A DNA stretch of 64,000 bases from Lytechinus pictus (taxonomy: Eukaryota): assembly GCF_037042905.1 (NCBI RefSeq), contig NC_087251.1:13580001-13644000 (forward strand). The letters run 5' to 3'. The notes below the pieces were generated by a model. That model ran no database searches. It saw only the letters and a list, made by a program, of their open reading frames with translations, and was not told where the DNA came from. Below are positions 1 through 15,000 of this stretch, in pieces; the stretch's first letter is position 1, and each line of letters opens with the position of its first letter. The position numbers and the translations under genes are program-made.

Positions 1-3000
1 CAATGGGTTCTAGCACTGGAACACTATGTAGAAGTAACAAAGGTTAGTAGTATTTTTCTTCTATCTTTCATCATCAAATGTATAGTTATCATGATTCTTT
101 ATTTTGATAAGAATTTTCCATTCAGACAAAATGGCCCTATGTTTTTCCTACTAAGGTAATATGTAGTGTCTAAAAAGTCATACAAAATACAAAAGAAGAA
201 AGCATATTCAAACTGTCATATTTCATTGCATCAGTGACTTCCATTTGATGTTGACAAACAGTTGAAGAAAAACAATCATTAAATTTTGTAAAATTGGCAA
301 CAATATTGATATTTATGATGATTCTCTTTAAAGTGGCAGATATCAAAATTTTGAATTCTTTATCAATTTTTATTGATTTCCCGAAGATTACTATCAAACA
401 ATACTGCAGTAATAAAAAAATATACTACTATTGTCCATTTTAAATATAACAAATTATCAAATAAGGCTTCATATAATTTTTTGTCCTGAAAAAAAGGGTA
501 TTCTATATCTTCTCTCCATTTCTTCCAGGTTTCTCTTAAATGAAAGAAATCTTCATAAAATATTCCTGCGTGAAATGAAAATACTGTATAATTCCTGTAT
601 GTTGTGTTAATTTCTAGATGGTGAAACCAAAGCAGAAGAGAGTTGAAGAGGCCAAGGAGGCACTCAATCTAGCCCAAGAAGGACTAAGAGAAAAACAAGA
701 AAGTTTATCCAAGGTAAGCTGGACAAGTGACATGTGTTATCTTATTGTATCTACTTCTTGTCTACATGTAATTCATTCATTTTTGTCTTGCCTGCATAGC
801 AAAATTAAGTATCCCTGAATATCCTGTGCGAGTTTCAGGTCACATGACGAAGGTCAAAGGTCATTTAGGGTCAATGAATTTTAATAATGTTGGGGGTATT
901 TGTTGAATTGTCATCATAAGTTTATAGATCTAATTTTTGAAACTTGGGACATAAGAGTAACCATGTGTCCCTGAATATATTTTGCTTGTTTCTGGTCACA
1001 TGACCAAAATCAAAGGTCATTTAGGGTCAATGATCTTTGGCTGTGTTGGGGGCATTTGTTGAATTGGCATCATGATTTAGAAAGTTTATGGATTTACACA
1101 TGTAGTTCATGAAACATAGACATAAGGGTAATGAAGTATGAATTATTGTTTTTGCGCATGCCTTAGGTCACATGATCATGGTCAAAGGTCATGTTCGGTC
1201 AATGGACATAGTATTGTATTATCATATGAGTGTTTTTCTGTTGTGAATAATTATTTAATAGCAGTTTTCAAAGTCAGCACTGCTGCTATATCGAATCGCG
1301 TAATGCAGGCGAGACTTGCCAGAGGCGCTCCACCTGTTTTAACTCTGTGTTCCAAATTTTAAACAGTCAATATGAGATTCAGATGGTTTTAGATATGAAA
1401 TTAAGAGTATTCTTTTCGCTTTTTATGAAATGTTTTTTCTCATTTTTTTACACTCAAATTAATGCAAAATGCAATTCTGTTCAAAGTGACATGTGATTAC
1501 AAAAGATAGCAGTTTATGCTTTTCAAGGTGTGGTGTATAATCTTTAATGCCCCCCATCCATATCATTTTAACTCTATTGGGGCAAAAATATTTATTTATC
1601 ACCACTGTCTTCTAATTGTGTAGATCCAAGATCATTTGAGGGTGTTACAGCAGCAGTATGATGATAGCGTGCATCAGAGAGAGTCACTGAGGGAGAGAAA
1701 GGTCCTGACCACACTCAGACTCAAGAGGGCATCGGTTCTTATTGCAGCTTTGGCTGATGAGGAGGTTTGTTAAAATCATTCTGTAACACATCAAAGCAAA
1801 TTAAATCACAGCACACAAACATCATACTTAGTATAAAATCTCTTATCATTAATTCAAGAAATCCTTAATTTCATAGCGATAATGTAAGCAATTGATGTAA
1901 GAGATATGATGAAAAGACAGGCTTTTCTATCTTTTAAAAGAAATATACCTGAAATTGCTATTTCAGAATACCTTTGAATAATAAAATATAAGTTAGTATT
2001 AAGATTAAGTATTTGAATACAATTTTCATTTTAGTGAGATTAAGTTCATTGTTCAGGGGACCCATAAATATCCATGTCCAAAATTATGACTGTTTTTTCC
2101 CCCTCTTTCTTCTTTTATCTGTCTCACAGGTGCGATGGGCAGAGTCAATGGACATATTGGAGGGTAAACTGCAGGGCGTGGTCGGTGACACCCTTGTATC
2201 AGCCTCCAGTATTGCTTACCTAGGGGTATTCACTGCATCCTACAGGAGAGGAATGATCAATAAATGGGTTGATATGTGTCAGAGTAGGGGAATTCCTTTG
2301 TCACATGACTTCACCCTCATTCATTCCATGGCTGAACCTAATGTTGTAAGTTCCTCTGTGTGCATGAATTCCATGAATTTTAGATTGGTTGTGTGTAATT
2401 TATAAATAGTAATAATGTTGACGATCCAGGAATCTTAATCATCTATATGGTATTATTATACCTAGGCCTAGTCTCACAAAGAATTGTGACTGATCCAATC
2501 AATCTAAACCACAGAAAACCTCTATAAGAAATCAGAAAAAAAATTGTGTGTATGTAACTGATCAATTATAAAGCAATTTTACAAATCCCAGAATTCGCCC
2601 CCTTCATTACATCTTTTTTTTTCCATTTTAAATTGCTACTTATTAACAATGAGATTTTTCTATTTTAGGTTCGTAAGTGGCATAATGAAGGGCTCCCTCA
2701 AGACAGTCACTCCACCGAGAATGCTATCTTTGTTAAGAGAGGTCATCGATGGCCCCTCATGATAGACCCTCAGGGTCAGGCCAGCAAGTAAGTTTAATAT
2801 CACATGTTACTATTAAAGAGATCAGTTCCAAAAGGTATTACATTCACTTTCCAAGAAAATTGAGTTATTGATTTCAAGACTTTTTTCTTGTAGTGTATCG
2901 TCTTTGAAGAAAAGTATTCACTCTGATTTGAGTGCACTGATTAGAAAATCCACTCTCTAATATCTTTGCTTATTTCATGTGCAAAATTTGGTAATCAAAC

Positions 3001-6000
3001 ATGATTTTCTGATGGAAATGAGGTGAAGGCTATGAACACCCTCAACAACAATCAACAACCCTGACAACGGTCAACAAATCTCACTATATGATTTCTTGTT
3101 TGAAATCATCCTCTTGTTCATTGTTGTTTTCTTAAATTGTATGATTGACTTTGACCTGTTTTAGGTGGATCTGTGAGATGGAAGGAGCTGCCTTGATGAG
3201 GGTACAGGCCAATGATCCTAATTTCATCAGAGATCTTGAGAGAGCTGTTAGGATTGGTGAACCAGTACTCCTAGAGGTGAGTTTAATCTCCAAATAATCC
3301 ATGAAATAGCACTTAAAATTATACCCAGGAAACTGTCATACATAGCGTTCTGACTGGTCCAATCAATTTCAATCAATGCAATGATTGTAATGTTATCAGA
3401 GATCTTGAGAGGGTTTTGAGGATTGGAGACCAGTACTTCTGGTGGTGTGTTTCTGTGAAAATAAATCTCCCCCTGCGGACTGTATTCTTAGAATTCTATA
3501 ATTAGCAGGTATGTATCTAGTATATGAATATACAAGAAACATTTATCATTCTTGTATTTTTTTAAGTTATTTTTTTTTAATACAAAAGTTGGTATAAAGT
3601 TTAGAATAACTTGTATGTTTTTTTTTTCAGAATGTGACAGAGGTTCTTGATCCCAGTCTGAAGCCGATCCTTCTGAAGGAGTTTGTAAGACGTGGTGCCC
3701 AGGATGTCATCAAGCTAGGAGATACAGAGATTGAATATAATCACAATTTTAGGTAAGCCTTAAAACACACACTTAGGGAGTTGCTAGTATCTTATTTAAA
3801 TAGAATACAACTTAAGATTTAAATGTAAAAGTTTATGGTTAACTTTGGAACCTTAAATTAACTTACAATTTATTGCATCTTTCTTGTAACACCACTTATT
3901 TATTCCATCAATTAAGTTACTTGAAGAATACATTGGCTTGTGTACAGAGAATTCAGGAAAAGGCAAAATTTTTAAATGTTTGACATCTTTATCATTTTTA
4001 CTGTTTTTTTTTAAATCAATATTGTGCAGTAGAACAGTACATGTATATTATTCAGACTTATGTTTATTTGTTGCGGTGTATATTCTTGAAAACATGTGAA
4101 TTGAAAATGTTAATGATGCACATATTGTTGAATGGGTGCCATGAAAGGTTCAGGAAGGTCTATTTGAATGAAATAATTGATGATCTTAAACTGTCATTTT
4201 CAGGTTGTACATGACAACAAGTATGGCGAATCCCCACTTCCTACCTGCTGTATGTATTAGAGTGACACTCATCAACTTTACAGTGACCTTTGAAGGTTTG
4301 CAAGATCAACTTCTATCAACTGTAGTGCAGCAGGTAAAATACTCATCAGGGTTTCTTTTTCATTTTAAACCACACATAACAATGACTTGTGTACCATTGT
4401 CACTCAATTGCATAATTATAAGGTAATAACAGGGAGGGAAATGCTTATGCATTTATTCAAATTTTCCACTGGTGAGATGTCCTCTGGGAAGTATTCCTCA
4501 GGGAAAGGCTTCTTTTGGGGCATTTGTCCTTGATGGGGTGTCCTCACGGACACCCCATCAACATGAAAGGCACCAATTTTCAGTCTTTTGCTTGTTTGTA
4601 AATTCCTTTAGGAACAACCTATTTTGGAGAAGCAGAGAGGAGAGCTATTGGAAAGCATTGCTAGAGATCTGACATCACTCAGAGATCTAGAGGATAAGTC
4701 TCTGGGGCTTCTTCAAAAATCAGAAGGTAAGAATTCAACACACATGAAATCATTGTGATATAGATTTTTTTAATCAGAAATGAAAGAATAAAACTCTTCA
4801 TTGAAAGCATATCTCTCTGAATGCATTTGTTATTTATGTTCGTATTAATTTGAGGAAACTATTATTAAAAAATAATGAAATATCTGGATATAAGTATTTT
4901 TTTCAAAGATCTTTGTAAAATGACTATGTTCTTTCAAATTCAATTGGATACCTGTACAGATAGTGCATCGAAAAATTTGCTGGCAATGTTATATATTGAC
5001 TGGCTTGGTACTAAAATAATAGCTGTTTCCGAGGTACTACTAACTCTGAATTATTCATTGTTTGGGAGTTATGAGCAATAGCCTGCTTTCCATCAATACT
5101 TCAGGTTTCACAGCAATGCACTACTTTTATATTTATCAAATGAACACTCACATCTGAACTTTGACGTTCTTATCTTCAGGTCACATCCTGGATGATCAAG
5201 ACTTGGTGGACACTCTTGAGAAGAGCAAAAAGATGTCAGGAGAGATCCAAAAGAGAGTAGCCGAATCAGAGATCACTCAGAAGAAGATTGAACAAGCTCG
5301 CAAGAAGTATCTTCCTGTGAGTTTTACTTGCTCTCTTTGCTTAACTTTGTTCAAGCCAAAATTGTCACTTGAAACCATTTAATAAACACAAAAGCCACAG
5401 AACTGTATCGTAATTCCTCTAGTATGTTGTGAGTTAAAGAAAATTGTATTATGAAATGAGATGTTTCCCATTGAAATCATTTAAATTTCATGGGGAGCAT
5501 TAAGAATGGTTTAGATCTTGTTATATTCTTTGCCAGCTTGCAACCTTTGGCATTCCACAACAGGCAGCTAAATTCATTCTTAAGGACAGACAAAACTTAA
5601 CTCGAGCATATATATGACTTCTTGAGATTTTCAGGAATGAAATTCTACAATTGTAGTTCCCTTACACTCCTGTTTGTGTCATTCACATTTGCATCTTTTG
5701 GTTCTTAACATGCTGATGTCATTAGTTGTTACCACATACATGTACTTATCCATGTATCTAAACAAATGTCTGGCTTTTTAAAATATAAATCCCTATCTAT
5801 GCTTGCATTCCATCCAGGTTGCCACTCGTGGAGCAGTGCTCTACTTTGTGCTAGCTGACCTGGCAGCCATTGATGTCATGTACCAGTTCTCCCTTCCCTG
5901 GTTTCAAATGCTCTTTGGCAAGTGCATTCGGGATTCCTCTAGGGAAGGTTTAGCAAGTGTCGGCAGCAGTCAGAGGCCCGGTTCAGGAGGCTCCTCCGGC

Positions 6001-9000
6001 CGGCCCCTCAGCGGCAGGCTACGCCCCTCCAGTGCAAGGAATAGTCCTGACCTCAGCAGGCAGTCTGTGAGTGGCAGAGACTCTCCCAATCTTTCACGGG
6101 GGAGTTCCAGGCATGCACTCCAAGGAAAGGACTTGATGCGTCATCTCCAGAGTATGGTGCGCAACCTGACAGAGACAATTTACAAGTAAGTCAAATGCGA
6201 TGAAATGGGGTAAAACTGCATCTATCTTTATAGAGCAGAGTTGATTCTACATGAACACCCACTGGTCCATGTTTTGAATTATATTTTCCTTTATTGGATT
6301 TATACTATGATTCAAATGGCACATTTGAAAGAGTACTTTTGCATAGGTCATTGATAAGAAGTTATGTATCTCATCAGAGAAATGGGATTCGGAATGCTTT
6401 CTGTTTTATATTTTACAATCTTCATTGTTTCTTATTTTCTTATTGTTTTAGGGTTGTATCTGTGGCCCTCTTCAACCACCATCAGCTTGTGTTCTCCTTC
6501 ATGTTGTGTAGTAGCATCATGCTATCTAATGGACGTATTGAGAGCAACGATCATGATGAGGTTGGAGGTAATATGGGTCGCATCTCACAGGCAGAGTGGC
6601 AGGTCTTCCTTCAGGGCCAGGTATGACATGTATATAGCAGCAATAATATCTCTACGGGGACAAATGGAAGCTAAATAGGACAATAAAGTTATTCAGTGTT
6701 CCATGGGTAAGGCTGAAATGAGGATGACTAGGTGGATATGTAGAGCAGTACTTCATGATCAAATAAAGAGAGTGAAATACCTCATTCAATATGAGAGATA
6801 CTATAAGAATAGCATTTAAAAAGGGCTTTAAATGTGCACTTGTAGAATAAAAATCAGCATTTCCCCAATGTAACCACTTGCATTTCACATGTTTTTAAGG
6901 TGTTGGCAGAGACAGCTGACCCTCTCGTCCTGGAGAAGCACGATGGCCTCACCCCCATGCAGCGACTGGAGCTTGAGAGTAGAGGAGGGAGTGCTAAGAG
7001 CTCCCGTCCTGGCTCCTCCACCTCCTCCATTGGGAGCAGGACCGGTCTGACAGGCCATATCACCTCCAGGCCTCCAAAATGGATCCCAGAGAAAGCCTGG
7101 AAGCAGTGTCAGTACCTGTCCTCCACCCTAGAACCTTTTCAGGGGATCTGTATGTACATACTGAACTGCCATGATCAGTGGATGACCTTTGCTAAGGTTG
7201 AAGATCCCTACAGGCTCATGACGGAACCATTTGTAAAGAAAACTTCAGCTACTAAAGGTAACTTTTAAAGTCACTATCAATGAAATGAATGCTGTTGTTT
7301 CAGCCATATTCTTAAAAAAAAGAAGAAAATCTGAACTGACTTTGATATCGTTGTCTAACACCGAATTTTAGGAAAGAATGATGCTGACAATCATGACTTT
7401 ATTAGTTTAATGCTTTTTCTTTAGCCTTATCAAGGTTAAAGGTTAATCTTGTGATACAGTACTATTTATTATCTCCTTTTGCTCTCATCGATTTTCTGCA
7501 GATCCATCACCTGGACCCACACCAGGGCCGACACCATCTGGTGGGAACCCCTTCAGCTGGGAAATTCTCAAGCCCATCGAAAGGCTTCTACTGATCAAGG
7601 TCCTTAGACCTGACAGCTTGGTGGCTTCTGTCAGAGCCTTTGTCAATGAGCTGATGGGTGACAAGTTCTTGTCCAGTGGTGGCTTTGACCTAAAGGAGAT
7701 CTTTGAAGGATCCACAGCGGTCAATCCCCTAATCTTTATCCTGTCACCAGGTATTGACTATTGCATTTAACAGTCTGTAACATCATTTTCCACTGCAAAA
7801 ATTGATTCTGTTTTAGTGCAGTTCAATGAGGAGGGTTGTTTTTGGTCCATATTTCATATCCTTGGTCCCATGTACATTTCCTTTCATAGCAGCCCCCAAA
7901 TCATTGATAGTTACTAAGCTCGCACTGCTTTAAATAGTAAAGTACATCAGTTGATTTTTTTAAAAGAGACTTTGATAAGTAAATGTTTGAGGCTTTTTAA
8001 GCTAGTACTAGTATATCTTTATCATTTTCTGATAATAGGGGTGGACCCTACAGCTCAGCTGATGAGGTTTGCCCGTGACATGAGGGGAAGTACCCTCCAT
8101 GTTGACCTTATCTCACTAGGGCGTGGCCAGGGACCTAAAGCTGAGGAACTCATCTCGAAGGCACAGATCTTGAAGGGTAGGTGGATCTTCCTGCAGAACT
8201 GCCATCTTGCTGCTTCATTTATGCCCAGGCTTCAGGATATTGTGGAAGGGTAAGGACCAAATCCTTGTTCTGTCTCAGAAGTCCAGTGTTTTGTTTGATC
8301 CCTTTATCCATTCATAGATCCAACAATATCTGATTTGAAAAATGATTCCTATTTCTAATTATCACTTATGCAATGACATTTCTTTTCTAACATACTACAT
8401 AGGTAAGGTTTTGTATACCGGTGACTTACAACTGTCAAAAGTGAATATCAAACTTTTTGTTTATCTCAATGCTACTTCTTTAAGAATTCAAGCTGGATAA
8501 TTTGAGAGTATTTCACACTCTTCACTCTCTTGTATGAAGTAGAAAACAGTTTTGCCATGAAGATTTAGTTAAGGAATGTACTGCATGTCAGGATCAGGCA
8601 TGCTTATTCAATGGAATTTGCCCTCCCGTAAGTGACCGTGTTTGCATTTAAAAAGGCAAATGTACATAATTATGAAACCATCCATGATGTTATTTGTGGT
8701 CTCAATTATTTGTGAATATCATGCTAGATATAAAATGGGGTAAGTTGAAAATTTAATGTTTGCATTCTTACATCTAATTTATATTGGTGACATAAATGCA
8801 AAATATGCAAGCTACCATTCAAAAGTACAGTCTTGATTCTATTGATACATATACTTTGATTTCTGTTTTGCATTGCATAGATTCAGCAAACCCAATGTAG
8901 AGATTGACCCTCAGTTCAGGTTATGGTTGAGCTCTAAACCTGATCCATCTTTTCCTGCATCCATCTTACAAACTGGTTTGAAGGTAAGTACTAGCATACT

Positions 9001-12000
9001 CAAGGAAGGAGAGAGGAAGAAATGAAATGGTCATCAAAGTTTTGCAATTGATAACTATTCCTTTTGTATTTAAAAGCTGCCAGTATATTCCATGTAGACA
9101 TGCATGAAAGTATGAAGTGCTAAACAATATTTTCAATCATTTAATTTCCTTCTTGCATGAATTCATATTGGAATGCCAAGTGACATGTATACTAATGTGT
9201 AGTAGACTGCAAGAGCACAGGGGACTGGGGTCTTGTCCTCTAGGGAGTTGTCATATGGAAAAGATGTGCTCCTTGGACATTTTCCTCTGAAAGCTATCCT
9301 CAGGGAGAGATGTGACTTAAAGGAGTTTTCATTTTGGATTTGTATTTGGGTTAGGTGATTGTCCTGTTATAGTCAGGGATGTAATCTAGGCCGGTCAGAG
9401 TCTTTCTCCAGTGGCCTCTTGACTTTGAAGTACCAGCCTTGACAGCATCCCTGGTTATGGTACAGCCAATACATCATGCTTTTATCTCTCCTCTTTTTCG
9501 TAGATGACTGTGGAATCCCCTCAGGGTCTGAAGGCTAACCTGTTGAGATCATTTGGTGGGGGTGGAGCAGGGGCTATCACAGAGGAGATGTGGGAGGATT
9601 CAGCACCAGGAGAGAACTGGAGGAGTCTGGTCTTTGGTCTCTGTTTCTTCAATGCCATCATCAACGAACGAAAGAAGTATGGTGCCCTTGGCTGGAATAT
9701 CCCTCATGCATTCAATGCATCTGATTTTGAGGTGTGTGCAATACATTTGAAGAAAATATCTTATCAACATATGAAGCATTCCATTACGACATGTTTTATT
9801 TCAACAATGCTATTTAACAAATTTGAGGGCAGAAAATTTGATCATCCTTAACTTAATAATTTTCCCTGAAATCTATTTTCTTCTTATGCTCTCTTCAGAC
9901 CTTATATATATCAGTAACATGTTTTTGAAATTATAGCTGGATAAACTGAATTATATTGGTAGTGATGTAGGTTGTTATAATACTGAAAACAATTTATCTA
10001 TGTGAATATATGACAAACCTGTCTGTATCTGGTTCTAAATGCATTGATCAACATACGATCATTTACTAATTTCTGACCTCATCAGGTATCAGTACAGCTT
10101 CTGAAGATGCTGCTTGTTCTCCATGAGGACACGCCCTGGGAAGCACTGATGTACCTAACAGGAGAGGTGGTGTATGGTGGGCGTGTCACTGATAACTGGG
10201 ATAGACGATGCCTTCTGAGCATACTCAATACATTCTACTGCAAGGAAGCTCTTTTGCCTGAATACTGCTACTCACCTGATAAGGTATGCCTTTTGTGTGT
10301 TCTCATTTCCTCCTGTCTATATCTACTCATCTTTTCTTTCACTCCCATTTGCTCTCTCTCTCTCCTTTTCTCACTTTCATTCTCTCTATTTTTTTTTCTT
10401 TGTCTGTTCTCTTTCCTACACTTTCTATCTCTGTGTGCGTACCTCCCCTTCTACTGTCTCTTCTTCCCCCTCTATCTTACTACTATTCTTTACATTTTTA
10501 TGTAATTCATGTTTTTGTACTATTTTACTTGCAATGCTCTTCTTTTCCTCAACCTCTCTTTTCATGAGCTTCATTTCTTATCTACCTTTTTTTTTACTGC
10601 TGTAATGTAAATGTATTTTGGTTTTGCTCTTAGAATGGAGTTTTTTATTACAAAAGTAACTTTTATAATCCAATCAAATATATATATTTTTAGCATAAAC
10701 CCAATGTTATAAAGCAATTGATAGATTGTGTAATACTTAGGACTCCTCTATTCTATACTTTTATGGATTTGTAGTTCTTCCTGGAATGCTCCCCAAGAAG
10801 TGGAGAAAGTGTATACATCGGGCAAGCCATAATCCTGTGATTTGGGAAATAATGTATCTGTACAGCAGTCCATGAGCGCATCATCTTGCTGTGTTTAGTG
10901 CCATAAATATACAGAAAACTTATTTTTATTATTCATCTCCTCCACAGATATACCACCCTCTTCCGAAAGGCTTCTCTTTGACATCTTGCCAGACGTACAT
11001 CGAGGGGCTTCCAGAAGCAGATCGTCCTGAGGTGTTTGGTATGCATCCCAATGCAGAGAAGGCCTATAGGGAGAGTGAGGCACAGAAACTGGTTAATACA
11101 CTGCTGACAGTACAACCTAGGGTTAGCATGCAGATCATGGGGTATGTAATATCATGGAATAGAATGTTTCTAGATTGATGTTACTATACAAATGCCAGTG
11201 ATCATTATCATCATAGAATAGATTTTAAAGATAGAGATAAGGTTGTGTGTTTGCATTTTGGGAGAAACTTTCTAATGATGGTTAGGAACTTTTTTTTTTT
11301 TTTAGTATAATGCACCTAAGAATTAAAGTACCTGTAAGAATTTGTAATCACCGATTTTGACCAATTTAGTGGAATAAAAAGTGCTAAAGTGCTTGATTTT
11401 CATATCATATGGCTCTGTGATTATGTGGATAGTGAAAAATAAAAATTGATCTTGTTATTTTGATCCTGGTAAAAGTTCAACCTAACACAAAACTGATATC
11501 ATTACCCATTGGCTGACTGTACTGCAACACATGTTCAATAGATCCATACCTGCATATATTCTGACTCTGTCTTGAACAAGTTAAACAGAGACAAAACTAT
11601 AAGCATGACATTGAAAAAAACTTCAAAATCAGATGATAAATAATTGAGTTACGGCTTTTTTTTACAGAAAAAGAGAAAGAAAATAATTTGCATAGCATGG
11701 TCAGTGAGCAAATGTTGGAGCCAATGATTTGAGACACTTACTATTCATGCTGTAATTCATGATATTAAATTTCAATTATTCAAGGTCCCCCCTCCTAATG
11801 TAAATCAACATTTGATTCCCTTTTACCTTGGAGGATCACCATCACTGTAACTTTACTGATTCAATCAAGATTTTTGCTATCAGATCTAAACGAAATGATA
11901 CAATCTTTCTGTAATTGTAGCACTGGCAAGACAAGTGATGAAATAGTCCTGGAGCTTGCCGAGGAGATCCAACGCCACCTGCCTGAGAGCATCCAGAGTG

Positions 12001-15000
12001 ATACAGGGGAGCCTGAGAAGCTCCGGGGGCTCTCCAGGAAGCAAGCCAAGGATGAACCAGGAGCAGGGGGAGGCATGTTCCCTGGATTCAATATGGCTGG
12101 TGGTGGAGGGTTTGGAGCAGGGAAGAAACAAGATAACAAAGGTAGGGTATAAAAATGAGGATTGTAGAAGAAGAAAGATGCAGGGGTGGGGGATCCTGGT
12201 GGTGGTGAGGATATGAGGAATGTGATGATGAGGATGTTGATGATGATGATGATGAAGGTGATGAGGATGATGATGAGGATGTTGATGATGATGATGATGA
12301 TGATGAATGTGATGAGGATGATGATGAGGATGTGGCTGCTGATGATGATGATGATGAAGGTGATGAGGATAATGATGATGATGAAGATGATGAGGATGAT
12401 GAAGGTGATGATGATGGTGATAGTGGAATGGTGATTGTGTTGATGACAATGATGGTGATAATTGCGATTGTAATGATAATGTAGGTGATGCTTTATAAAA
12501 TTCTCTAATGTGTCTTTCTGTTCATACTAAGTTTGTGAAAAGTTTAATCAATTCTCAGTAATATGTATGTCTGCTGTCTTTCACAGTGGAAATTCAATTT
12601 AAATAGATCTAATCTAAGAATATTACTGATAAACATGTAATAATATATCATTCCTTCCTTCTTGCTCTTTACATGTCATTGCTTTAGATATAACAATGTT
12701 CTTACTGTAACAAAGCAAAATGAATGGTCTACAAGACCAATTCATGATGCCTAATTGATTTCAACAACATAATTCAGGTTATTTGTTGAATATCAAGATA
12801 ACTGAAATACTTTAGTCCTTAATCACTTAATTTAAACCTTGATTAACACTTTTATTAACATGATTGCTTGAGATTAATATACTTTCTTCTATAACATGCA
12901 TCTACCATTCTGTTATGTACTTAATCATTAATTATCTGCATAGAGGTGCCTTTAACTTGTTCATTTCTTTACCTAGAAAATTCAGATTGGTTTTCAGATG
13001 AGGAAGGCAAGTTTCTTGTATTCGGTTGAACAGACTTCCAGACAATACAGTCAATGTGGAAAGGGATACTTTACACTTTTACAAATTTGATGTTGCTTGT
13101 CAAACTTTCTATTGTATTAGGAGTCAGCACAATCTACTGTATATGTTTTATTGGCTCTTATTATTTTTTCATCTTTAAGGGTGGGGTAATGTGAAAAGGG
13201 TTCATTATTTTCTTTAAAAGCCCCGTAGAGAGATGCCAACTGTTTGCAATTATTTGTTTTAAAAATTATGCCCCCCCCCAAATTGGATTTACTACTGATA
13301 TCTTTTGTAGAGTATGTTTTTTTTTCTCTCCTCAAATGAACAATGAAATAAATAAACCATTATTGAGAAGTTGGCATCCCTACCTTTATTGTACCTTGTA
13401 TGCTTTGTCGATGGGTATGATGTGAGATATTCTTGTAATGTCTTGGTGAAGATAATTTCCATTTTAGCACATTTGATTTTCAGTTTGGTGTGTGTTATTC
13501 ACTATGTTTTGCTTTGAGACTAAATGTCATTTGTTTCATTTTGCAGAATGAATTTGTATGTTTACTTTGTGTATGTAGTGATATACAATGGTTTGCTTAG
13601 CTTACTTTTTTTTTTCATGTACAGCTGATTCCTACTGTTATAAAGTTGATATAAACTGATTAATGTTCTGTCAATATTGCTGCTAATATTTATGGTAGTG
13701 TCAGTGTTCGTACATATATCCATAATGATTTGAATACAATTTCCCTGTGTAGAACCACTTCAGTTTCAAAAGGAAAAGAAAACTGATGGATACAATGATA
13801 ACATGAAAAAAAGGAGAAAAATTAATATAATAAAGTACGATGAAAAAAAAATCCATAAACTTAATCAGAGAGTGGCAAGTGATACTAGCTTTGTAATAAC
13901 TCTTTCAAACTTTTATGGACTTGCTGATGTCCTTCAGTTGATTATAAAGACATGCTCATACAGAAACTGTGGTTGAGATAGTCATTGCTATGGTTCGAAC
14001 CCAACTCAGGTATGGGTAAGTCAAGAATAAAAAATAAAAAAATTAAAGGTTTCTTAAAAAGAACGGGTTTCTTTAAAAAAAATTATTTTAAAGTGTGAGA
14101 GATACACAAGGGACTCTTTTAGATTCTTGAATTAAATAAAATCAATTAATTAAATGGAATGTAAGTATTAACAATCATTTCTTTGCATGCCCTACACAGT
14201 GTCCACACCTGTGGTCAAACCATCAGAGGAGCCTCAGACCCCATCTGCCCTACTGACCATCCTACGGCAAGAGATTGACCGTTTCAATCGTCTTCTAGGG
14301 GTGATCCACACCTCACTGACCTCTCTAGCTCTGGCCATCAAGGGAGAGGTGGTTATGTCTGACCAGCTAGAGGAGATGTTCAAGGCATTGCTCAGTCAGC
14401 GGGTACCCAGGGCTTGGCAGGTGAGTCTACTAGGCCCTTTTGAAGTTACTTGAAATAAGATTGAATTTTATGTTTTCTTTGACTATATTAAGTATTCATT
14501 TATCATCATGATTGTCATCATTGTTGTCATAGTTATCCCAGAGATGCTAGTCTTCAGGCTTTTGCCTGATTTCAAGCCCTGACATCTTCCCATTTCAGGG
14601 TTTTTCAAGCTTTATATTGTACAGAACATGTGGCTTTAGCATGATCAGGCCCTTTTCAGTCTTGTATAGTTTTCTTGGGTCATCAAGAATAATTGAATAA
14701 ATCTTCAAATGATTCATATATTCAGATAAGTCTTGTACATTGGATATATTTACAGCAAGCTGCGTATGAATCCTGCAAGCCCCTAGGCTCATGGGGCATC
14801 GACCTCCAGCAGAGGGTCGACTTCTTCTCCAGATGGTCAGACCTGATCATAGCAGCCAAGGAGCGCAAGGAGAAGGCACTGGGAGCACAGGGCCAGGCTC
14901 CCATGGAGCCAGAGGATGTGGAGAACTTGAGGGAGCAGCCCAGGAGCTTCTGGTTACCAGGATTCTTCTTCCCTCAAGGTGAGTGGGTAGAGGATGGATT

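Noticed and set aside
11886..12449. 187-aa His-rich ORF on - and Met-rich ORF on +
   Set aside because: Translations of an intronic (GAT)n microsatellite overlapping a dynein exon; no gene structure.
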